A DNA stretch of 64,000 nucleotides. Origin: Lytechinus pictus (Eukaryota). Within the stretch, counting starts at the first letter, position 1. Every line of letters starts with the position of its first letter. The translations under genes were made by a program, and so were the position numbers. The stretch is from positions 12,588,001 through 12,652,000 of the forward strand of contig NC_087245.1 in NCBI RefSeq assembly GCF_037042905.1, written 5' to 3'. The notes beneath the pieces were generated by a model. That model did not search any database and had not been told where the DNA came from. It worked only from the letters and a program-made list of their open reading frames with translations. This document shows, one piece after another, positions 39,201-51,200 of this stretch.

Positions 39201-42200
39201 CTCATGCTAAGTAAAATTTCCTTGTTTAAATGACAAAATAGAAGTGCACTTTCTAGAATTCTTATTAAATCTTGACAAATAACAAACTTTGCATTCAAGA
39301 GCTTGATAAAAATGAGTTTGTTGTAAGAATATTGAATTTCACTTCAGTCAATAGAAATAACATACATTTAATTTGCATCTTCTGTTAACATATTCTATGC
39401 TCTAAATACATTTCTTTACAGACAACAGAATCTGTTAAAAGGAAGAGAATGCATGCACCACCTCGGCCAGAGAAAGAAACGCCAAACACCCAACCAGACC
39501 CTACCATCCCTAGTACCCCTCCCATCCCTGTGCCCCCACCACGCCCTAAAGTTCCACCTCGCCTGACCCGGACAAACTCCTTACCCTCCCACAAGCAGCC
39601 ACATGCTGTGAGTTCTTATGTGATGGAGGCAGTGGAGGAACTCAAACAGCTAAATATATCTACCCCAGAGCAAAGTGATGGTCCTGATAAAGAGAGAGAG
39701 GTAGGATTCAAGCTTGAAGTTTTGATTGGATTGCATATTTGACATTTGTTAACAGAATTATGTTGGGCCTAATACAGATTTGAGCACTGGTTTCTCACAG
39801 CTACCATAATAAGGCATACACAAATATGAAGAATATATTTACATGTAATTTGCAAATTGATCCACTGTGATGTTTCTTTTGCTGACTGCCTCTCTGCTTT
39901 TAGTGTTTAATTACCAGTAAATACACCAAGTGCTGTATATTATGCAGAATGCTTGTAGTACATTTCATTTCATTTCATTTATTTCCATTTCCAACAATCA
40001 TTGACAATAAGTTTGGTCCATACATCTTGATACATAATCAATGAAACAAGGACAATTTTTTAACCATACAAACCAGTTAGAAACGGAGGAGGCTGCCAAA
40101 ATGCAAAGCTTGTAGAGTTGATTAATTTTATAGCAATTATCATTGCATGGTTGTTTGATAATTATGTGAACAAGGTGTTAAAATGCAATTTAGAAAATAA
40201 AATGTGAATCCCAAGTTTGTGAGTATTAGATAAAAATGAAGTTGTGTTTGATTTATGGAGCTACGTTTGCTTGCATCTCTTTCTGCACTGGTCTTCAGGG
40301 CCCTGTTACATGATACTCTCACGTAATCATAAGGATGTATTTTATGCTTCTTTTTATTCAAATCAACTGTTTGATCAATTATTAAGCACCAGGAATAGAG
40401 GTTTTAATGGGCCCAACTTGATAATTTGAAAATTAGAAGTGGAATTCATTTTTTTTTTATGAATGAATATTCTTATCACTATGGAATACACTTATCGGAT
40501 GATTTGACTCTGCAGTTGATAGACCAGATAGTCAAAGGAGTGATTGATGGTCTTGGAAAACCTTACTTGGACAAGACCCAACCTTACCCTTGGGAGCCAT
40601 CCCAGAGAATGGCTGGGATCGGGTCCCCTGTGTGCACCACCCCTCCAACCAATGAGCAAGGGACCAAGCCCAAGAACAGAACACCAGGTGAGTTCATATT
40701 CATCATCAAACATTGATATTATCACATTGAATATACCGTAGAATTTGCCGGTATTATAACCATTCTTAGCACATGGTGATAAGTGTATTTCTTATAATTG
40801 AGAAGAGAGTGAGATGTTTGGTACTACAAAAGTGATAATGGCATACAAGTTATAGTATATTTGTCAAATTTGTTCATTTGATACTTCTGGACTCATAACA
40901 TGTATGTAATTTTGATTATAATTGGAAATTGAGATTCAGATTTTATTTCATTTATTGTATTAAACCATCATGATTGGTGGTGATTTTTTTTTAAACCTGA
41001 TTGCTAAGAAAGCATGAATGCTTGTAAGCAAGCAACCAGAGGACCGACGGCTTAAGGTCCCCTCCGAAGGACCTGGTACTGAGGATTAATGCCTTACCAA
41101 AGGGCACTAGCGCACCAAGTGGGAATCGAACCCGGGTCACCGGAATACGAGTCCCCCGCTCCTACCGACTGAGCTATCGCGCCTCCATGATCTAAAAAAA
41201 AAAAAAGATGATTCGATACACAAAAATGGATTAAGAATATATATGTACTTTTATTTTAATTGATGAATATGAATTTAGATGATTTTATTGTAATCAATCA
41301 TGAAAAATGTCATATTCCATAATATAAATGGAAAATTGTTAATGAGAAACATACATGTACACATTATACTGAACATGCTATCCCTTTAGTTTTTTGTTAA
41401 TAATGTAGGTAAATTTGGATTAATTATGCTTATTGTCAATTTTATTCTTTAACTTTATCAAATGTTTCTTTCTTTTTAATCCCCCTCGTAGCCAAGCTAG
41501 TACATACAGGTGTAAAATGTGACAAGTGTGATTGTGTTATCGCTGGCATCAGATACAAATGTGGGTGAGTATAAACCTCCAAATGAAATTTAGATATTTA
41601 TTTCTCATTTGTTATAGGTTTTCAACATAAAACAAAGAAGAGTTTGCAAGCTGAAACGTTTTAATTGTGGTTCAAATAGAAGACTAAATGGTAAACAAAA
41701 AAATGTGAATATGGAGTATACCATTGTTGCTGAGAATACAGCAATTATGGGTGTGTAACTGAGTTTTGTCAGACGTGTATCAATCAGATATGATTATTTA
41801 TGCTGGGACCGACCTTTAACGTCACCATCCGAAATGCTTGACCAATGGTCGATCCTCTACATCAATTTGCAACTTCCTCACATAGTTTGGATTACAGTAG
41901 CACACCACAATGCCAAGCAAGTAGGTGTTAATGCTAAATTTTTGAAGACCAGCAGAATTAATTCAAGTGTCAACTAGGGTTTGTACCTGCAAACTAATCT
42001 TAGCAATGTTCACTAAGAAATGTGAAAAAAAATTGGGACATTTAAATTTATCTGGTCAAGTTAAATTTTTGATCTTGTGCTATGAACAATGATTTATAAC
42101 ATTTATTCAAGCATACAAACATATATATGGAACTTGTGAGGATAAAATACCATGAGAGACTATGAGTTTACACCCTAAACGCATTTGTACCAGTTTCATA

Positions 42201-45200
42201 TTGTGGATTTTATATCCTTCCATTTCAGCCATTGCCTGAACTTTGACCTATGTGAAGAGTGTGAAGCTCTACCTGGTGCGCATGATGTTAACCATGTGTT
42301 CCTGAAGCTCAAACGACCAGCATACCGTATTGGAATGAAGTCTGATGGAAGGACTGCTCCTATCTTCAAACATCCTATCTATGCTGATGATGACACACCT
42401 GTCTGGGAATACAAGTCAGTTGGATTCCAGTGCTTACAATTAATACTGAAACATTTTAGTTAAATGCAACAGACCCCCCCCCCCCCCAAAAAAAAAAAAA
42501 AAAAAAAAAAAAAGAATAACCCCCAAAAGAATGCCCTCCAAACTATGATTATTTAAATTCTGAATTCAGTCAATTTTCTTTCAATCTGTTTTAGATTGTG
42601 GGACATATTTTTCATCCAATATACCGGTAATTGTATTCAATGACCATGAATTAAAAATCAAACTTTCATAGTCATACATGAGTTGTGTTGTACTACTTAG
42701 CATGATTTGTGTTACTTGTCTTCAGGAATGTTATTGAATGATAGTGACGTTCACCATATGAAGTCAAATACGCGCATGTTCAAATTCTTAAACAAAATTT
42801 CTACTTCATTTTAAGCTAAAACTGGCTTTAAAATTTAAAATATGACTGATTTTCCTCTTGATTTTTTTTTTCTTCATAGGATCAAGAAACTTGAAGAGAA
42901 GATGGCCAGGAAAGCTGCTCGGGCAGAGCTCAAGCGAAAGTACCGAGAGGAGAAGCGCCGTGTCAGGGTCGAGTGTCACAGCCAGGTATCACCAACTAAG
43001 AGAGAGAGGATAGAGAAGATGGCTGAGAAGCAGGCCGAACAGATTGTGGTTGCTGCAAGTGTGGCTGCTTTCCCTACAACCTCTACCACTTCAGCAGCAG
43101 ATTCCACCTCTGAAACAACTCCTCTGCTTGCACTGTAAGTTATTCTTAAAACTCCTTGTGTTGTCATCCTATAATTATAATTCTATAGAGATTTATTGAT
43201 CACTAGTAATCAAATACCTTGTAGGAGGGAGTTTCAGTATCAAGAGGTTGAGTGATACAAGTCTTGATGGGTAGTTACTCTCAAGAAAACCATTATATTT
43301 GACCTATACACACAATGTAAAAGAAGTATGTCTTTTCAAATAGATCAATGATATTAAGATTATGTCAGGAACATTTGTTTTGTTAAGATTAACAATTATT
43401 AGTTCTACTTCTTTATGATTTACACAGAACGAAGTTTGATGCTGCCTTTGTTAGTGATGGTAACTTGCCAGATGAGACCCATCTTCAACCCATGACTAAG
43501 TTTGTCAAGAGCTGGATCATGATCAACAATGGTAGTGTGCAGTGGAACTCAGATACCAAGGTAAGAAATAATATACAACAGACCACAGGCTCTTTCACAC
43601 AAAACACTGTCCAGGCCTTACGGCAGGTTAAAAAAAAATCTGATTGAAATGAATGAGTCATGTTCTATTTGGTGAAGTAGTTCTTGTCAAACATGTAGTC
43701 ACCAGAAGAGTAACTTGAACAGTTTTTAAGCAATCACTCTGGGAGTGATTTGATAAATATGGAATCCAATTACTAAGGCCAGTACCACAAAGCTTTACTA
43801 TTGATCACAGGACCGATTTAACTCTGGATTGCATTGATGATTATGTGCAATCATTTGTAAAATGCCAGTTGTAGAATAAATTGGTATGGAGTGATTGGAG
43901 ACAACGGAGACATACATTAGTATGCTAAAAGAAAGAAGAGTTTATTGCTTGTCAGTAATCTATTAATTGAAATGAAATGTCAATTGCACTAACACAATGA
44001 ACATCTCACTCCTATTTGCTCCAGGAGAGGAAGGACTAATCTACATGGAATTTTTGGTAAAAATTTGTTTTATATGTAATCAACCATTTTGAATCAAATG
44101 TTTAATTTCAGTTGAGGTACCTGTGGGGTAACATCAAAGTCCTTTCCCCTGACCCAATGATTATCCCACTCCTGTTACCGGGAGAGGAAGGACCCATCTG
44201 TGTGGACTTTGAAGCACCTGCCAAACCAGGCCACTATCAGAGTCACTGGAGACTTACACAGAAGGGAGAACAGTTTGGCCATCGTGTCTGGTGCAATATT
44301 ATTGTGGATGAGGCTGAAATCTTGGAGCCGAAGTGTGAGAGCAAGAAAACTGTGCAGGAGGAGCTGATTATACCAAAAGTTAAGGTTAGTCATGTCAGTG
44401 GTTATAATCATGTGGTTCCATTCAAGATTCTCAAACACAACTATAGCTAAATCCATTTGGCCAACTAGCAGTTAAGTCTAATTTTTGTTTTTGTCCAATT
44501 ATCACTTGTTTGTATACTTGCATGTGCTTGGTATCATTTTGTCCAATTGACGTTTCTCATGACAAATGGTGTGATTGCCATTTTGTCAAATATGATCAAC
44601 TTTGTGGTCTGGGACAAAGTTGTTGACATTCCATGTTATCTTCTAATGCTTTCCCTTAGGAGAATGATGGAGTCCAGACTGAGACCAGTGAGAATACAGC
44701 ATCAAGTGCCGTGGCCCACCTCCAGAGTGACCAATCAGATAACGGCTCTCCGACCAGGATGGTCTCATCCTCTGATGTTCTCACTGCCCATGATGTCCTC
44801 TCATTTGAACTGCTCAGTATCCATGATGACCAGGATGCAGACAAGGAAGTTGCTGGCCTGAACAGTCCTGCTGCCACTACTACACCTAACAATACTCCAA
44901 TAGGTAAGGAGAGAATCATTTTGGATCATCTGTTGTAAATGTGATTAATGGTCATACGAGAAGCAGGAACTAGGAAACATGAATTGTGCCTCACTTGTGT
45001 ATTAGAATTATTTTTAAATTACCTACCCTTCTTTTAGAGTGAGCTTTCCCCCATTGTTTTGCAGAAAATTGAAAGAAAAAAGCCCCTTTTCTTTGCACCC
45101 CTCAAAATATGATACCTTGGATCCACCCCGGGAGTTACAGGACCCTGTAAATCGACATTCCATTGACAAATCATGGGGAAATCAAGGCTAATCTCAGAAC

Positions 45201-48200
45201 AGCAAAGGGATTCAAGTCTTTCACTCGGCTGCATGCCTGGGGGTGTTATGTAATAGACGCCGGCATGTCTGGGAGGTCTAATATAGGAGAGCAATAGTTA
45301 GTAGACTAACCAACTAGGAATAAACTGCTTGTTTTCACTTTGAAACATGTAACTTCACAGAGGTTATTTATTTTGGTTTAGCAATCAAGAGACCTGCTAA
45401 GAGTTTAGGAATTGGGATTGTTGGAAACTAGAACTGCGACGACCTGAAGTAAATAACCATCACGAGTTCGGTCAAATTCATGCTGTCCGAACTTTTATTG
45501 CATTAGTCGTACCAGAAAAAAAATTGACAAGCAAAAAAAAAAAAAAAAGGTCTTCAACCACAAATAAAGGATTTCGTCCCAGAAAAAAATTTGACAAGCA
45601 AAAAAAAAAAAAGGTCTTCAAGACTCGTCAGGGGGGGGGGGGGGGCGGGGCAGGGATATGTCCCTTGCATGGGTTGTGACTCGTCAGGGGGGGCAGTCTG
45701 CCCCCCCCCTTTCTCGTAGGTACGCTAGTGCCTGGAGTGATTCAAATGCAATTTTTGTCTCGCCCACCAGAGGTGAAGGCGAGACTTAGGGATCCAAATG
45801 TTGTCCGTCGTCCGTCCGTCACAAACCTTATGACACATAACTCCACAACCGTAAGTCGCTTTTCAACCAAACTTGGATGGTAGATGGACTAGGGGGACCT
45901 GCATGTTAGGCTGCAGTCAGAGGTCACATGGTAAGGTCAAAGGTCATTTTCAGGTCAACGTTAAAGTTTACATGCAAGACTCTTATGACACCTAACTCCG
46001 CAACCGTAATTCACTTTTCAACCAAACTTGGATGGTAGATGGATTGGGGGACTTGCGTGTTATGCTGCAGTCCGAGGTCACATGGTAAGGTCAAAGGTCA
46101 TTTTCAGGTCAACGTTAAAGTTTACATGCAAGACTCTGTTATGACACCTGACTCCGCAACCGTAAGTCACTATTTAACCAAACTTGGATGGTAGATGGAT
46201 TGGGGGACCTGCATGTTATGCTGCAGTGGGAGGTCACATGGTAAGGTCAAAGGTCATTTTCAGGTCCACATTAAAGTTTACGTGCAAGGTTCTTATGACA
46301 AGTGTTATTCCATCCCAGTCATTTCACAATGAAGTTTCGATACAGTTATGTTGCCTGCCCTCGCAAATCACGATATTTCTGGTTATTTTCATAAGTGGGC
46401 GAGACACAAAATCGCTTTTGCCTTGTTTTTAGAAGATTAATCTGTGAAAAAGTGTTTTCCTTTAGAGTCTTCAGGCATGTAACTTATCAAAAGCTTGCTT
46501 ATTGTGATTGCTTGAGGATTGAGATATGAAGAAACCATTTGTTTGTATGTAAGTAAACCTCAGGAGTGAGAGTACTTACATATCAATACCTTACCAAAGA
46601 CTGCCAGCTTAACCAACTGGTTTCCAACCAAACAGATTATTGATTACCAGACAAACGACCTACCAACCGAGCAATCCCACCTTCTGAAAGCTTTACCTTT
46701 GTATTTCTCTCTTTACAGTTGGACTGACCCCCTGTATCTCACCCATCCCTCAGCTGGATGAGAAGCTCCTATGCCGTAGGGTATCTGAACACAGTGATCT
46801 TGAGATTATCCATCGTGAAGACATCCCAGAGATCATTGAAACCCAGGATACAGTCAAAGATGGACCAGCCATGGAGATAGCTCAGGATGGTGTTCCAGTA
46901 GCATCCTCTTTCTCTGATAATGAAGGTATAAAACACATGTATCCAGTCAATAGTAACAATTATATCATGTATTAAGTGGATTCTTATCAAATAATATTAT
47001 GTATGAATTTACCAGCTTGTGTTTTTAATGATCTTTACCATGTATATTTCTGAGAATGTTTTACTTATCACTTTGATCGGAGCTTTACAAGTAATTTAAG
47101 TATCACAAATCATCTACAGTTGTGATTTCCATTGAAATTTTACAATCGTATTCATTTTGTGACACTTCAGTTACAATGACTTTGATACATCCCAATTTTT
47201 ATCTATGAAACAGTTGAAATAGGCATTTATTCTCCATGATTGTCTCTTTTCTTTGCCTTTATTGTATTATGTTTTATTGTTCTTGTTTATTTTCAGATGA
47301 GTTAGAGAGTATCTGTAGTTCATCTGATAGTGACATGCTTGATGACTACTGCGTGGTACCTCTACCAGATTGCTTTGATCCATCTAAACCTTTGGATAAA
47401 TCCATGATCCTCTCTAGGACGTCCATGTCTTCATCATTGGTAGGTAACTCTACAAAAGAATGCTAGTCAGCTTGGTCGATTGCTGATTGGTTTACACCCG
47501 CTTTCCATTTGGTCTCATCACACATGGTTCATCCTAGTTTGTCTGCAACCAGTTCTTATACGAACCATTAGGTCATATTGCCATTTAGCCCATTTGTCAT
47601 TTGGTCTAATTTTTGGGCTTTACCTATTTTTTGTCCAATATCCACTTGTCTACACCTCTTAAGGGTATATGGTTAGATGAACTGTATATGAAAGAAATTT
47701 CATTTGACAAAGGAAAGATGATAAGCAAATGAAGAGGAAATTAGACCATCTGGGCATCTAAATGAGAATTAGACTAAGTGGATATTGGATCAAGTATAGT
47801 GTAGACAAATTGGTAGTAGATCAATTGGGTTTAGCCCTTGTGGTATTTGACTATCTAAAAGGTAGACCAAGTGAATATAAATCTTCACTGATGACATGAT
47901 ACTTGCTCCTCTTTTTATTTCTTGAAAGACATACAGTTGTGCTCCAAAGTTAGCGAACCCCACCACAAAGTGCACTCCTTCATGCTGAGTGTTGAATATA
48001 GACAACAAGACTACAATGTTCAGCAAGCCCAGAGAAACAAACTTTATTGAATGTAATAGTATATCACCTGACTTCACAATTAAATATAAAAAACATGGCA
48101 GAACTTGAACACTTTTCTTGTAGGGTTCACTAAATTTTGAGCACTGCTGTGGTTCATACGTGTAATGTGATAGGGTTTTTAGTACAGGATAATGTCAGAT

Positions 48201-51200
48201 TACATTTAGATTATGTTTTAGGTTAGGTTTTTTCAATCCATTTAATGTTCAGATTTTCCATTGGCGCAATTTTAGCGGAAGCAATTGTCATGGAATCATC
48301 AATGTTTTCCCCAAGCAACCTCTCCTCATATTTCTGTAAGGAATAGATAAGGGAGGACTACACTTTACCCCCTTATTGATAGAAAATAATAGGTGAAGAA
48401 GATTTGAATAATCAAAACTTCGTAGAATATCATTCACTTGTTTCAACAACGTTAAGTAATGAATATGAAATGTTGGTTATGTTTGCATGTTTACATTTGT
48501 TGAAGTCTTCAACTTACATTGGAGGTTGCAATCATTGTTTACGTTTTTGGTACAGTTTAATAATGGACGTTCTTGATAATTGAAGTGGAATGTGTTGCAT
48601 TCATTGCATTGGGTATGCAAAATCAGCATTTAGTTTAGGTTATATTAGGTTATTGTGATAATATTTGGAATCCTTAAATGTCTTATCGATTAATTTGATC
48701 CCAGACCTCTAGCATTCTAGCACCAAGTGCTGAGAGCGCACCCCTGGTCAGGTTACCTAGTTATGAAGAGAGCCAGGCAGAGATCGAAAGCACCTCCACT
48801 TCTGAAGGTCCCTCCATGTCGGAAAGTTCATCCATGTCTCCAAAAGCATCCACTCCCATCATCATAGAGGAAGAAGTTCCTCAGTTTTCCGCAGCTGCTG
48901 CCCCTGAAGACAATGCAACTCCATCTGCTGAACAAGACCATGGAAAGGCAGAAGAGATCATCCAGATGGAAAAGGTCCAAGCAGAAGACTCTATCAATGC
49001 TGAACCATCCGTAGATGCCATCCTAAGCACTTCAAACCCTGCTCTGGAAATCACCCCTCTCATCCCATTAGTGGCTGCTACCCCTGTTCAGAAGCAGCAG
49101 GTCAGTGATGCTACCATCCCGTCCCCCAAGCCAACCACACCCAGCCAGGAGACAGTCACAGTTGCACCCATGCCAGAGATCACTCTCCTGGCTAGTCCAG
49201 TACCAACCCAGTCTGAGGAGGCTGTGCTGATTAACCCAGAAGGGAGTGTCCTGTACGCCACAAGACAGCGTGAGGTAAGAATGAATATTTTACATGTACA
49301 TAAACCACATTAATTGGAACTTGGCTTGTTGGTGAAATCAACCATCCAATTGGTTCATTGACAGTGCACCCTGTTGCGTCGTGCACTCATTGTAAATCTT
49401 AAACACTCCAAGCTTTGGGCTTGAAGCTCTCTGAATGTAGTATTTTATTTATCAAGAAATGTCAGAATCTTTAACTTTAGTAGGAGAAAGACGTTAGTAG
49501 TGGTACATGTGTATACAAATCCCAGCAGTGATGAATTATCACATATCTTTTTTTCACTTATCAGGTTGTGAGAGAGTCTCGTACAACCCCTGCTGTTGGT
49601 GGTGCTGAAGGGACCAACCTTGACTTGATTGAAACAACTGTCCAACCTCAAGAGACAAAGGTCAGTATAGAAACACAGCGACCTGGTGAGAATTTCTTGA
49701 AAAGCTCTGTTAGTGACATTCACTGATTAATTTTGCCTTAGCCAATGAGATTCAATGACTTGCAGTGAGCTTATATTATCTGTTGGTGAATATCACTGAT
49801 GAAACTTTTCATGAAATGCCCCACTAAAATTCACAAAGGTTTTAAAGTTTAATCAGTTTAAGGGCCCTGTCATGTCGTTCTGTTCAAGCCTTGTGTTTGA
49901 CTTGCGGATTACTATTGTTTGCTACACGCTGGTCACCCATATTGACAGTATCTCGCATGTATCTCACACGCAGTTGCCTGCTGAAGCGCACGTACCGTAA
50001 GTCTAATTTGCACGCAGAAAAGTTTTGAACACGCTTAAAACTTTGTTGCGTTTGTTGCAGAGTTTTGAGTGATTGCCTGCATCTTGCCCTCAAGGCTTGC
50101 ATGGAACGATGTGACAGGGCCTTAAATTAGGTATCTTTACCTTAACCAGCTTTGTCACATTGGGATTTCACAGTGGCTTTTCTGATCCCTCATGTTTTAG
50201 AAAATGGAGGGTTAAAGGCAAGAAAAATATTGAGTGGGATTCCCACTAAAAGTGCTGAAATTTTATTCAGAATTTTGTCAATTACCTCAAGAGATTGACT
50301 TTGAAGCTAGCAAAGAAATCCAATGCCATTGGCCACTGTAAGAAAGGAATAAGAAATGTAAGTGATAAGGTGTTTAAATCTATCCTAGAATCATATACTG
50401 AGGACAACTCTATATCTTTTACATATTAATAGGCCCTGTTATATGAGATAATGGTCAATGTCATGAAGCCCACAGTGTAGGAAAGTGGACTGTAAATTAC
50501 TCATAGCATTAATATCAAGGTAGAGTCTTTGAAATAAAGTTCAATGGTTATCCTATCATAGTAAGGTGTTACATGGCTAAAGCGAGTCAGGTTTGTAAAA
50601 TAATGAATACTTCCTGGAAACTGGGTAATGCTAAATTGTGGAAAATCGGCAATGTGAATAAGCACATGTGGGTATGTGTAATATTATATATTGGGGAAAA
50701 AGATCCATTAATTACTCATTTTCTATCAAAATAATTGGGCATGTATTATTTGTTCATATTTCCAATCACTCCATATTACTTTTGTTGGATTATTTTCTGA
50801 GTTTATTTTGTAGTCATTACTTGAATGCATGTTCAATGTTCATAGGTCCAAGAACCTGAGAGGCATGAGGATCATGATGATGAGTTCCATGATGCTCAAG
50901 ATGTACCAACCCAGCAGATGAATACCCAATATAACAACACCTACAGTGATGTCCAACTTGAAACTGACCCAGTTGATCTCCTAGGGTAAGTCTTCTCCAT
51001 GGCTTCATCACTCAAATAAAAGGGCTCCCAGACATATGAAGACGTGGCATGGGGGTTCTAAATCACCACCCCACCCACAATAACATTTCTTTCTCACATA
51101 TTCCCATATACACTGATTTTTTTTTCAATCTGTCCACAACCCAGGGAGCGATATTTTAAAAGAAAATTTAAAATGTTTTTAAACACAATTTAAGATGTCT

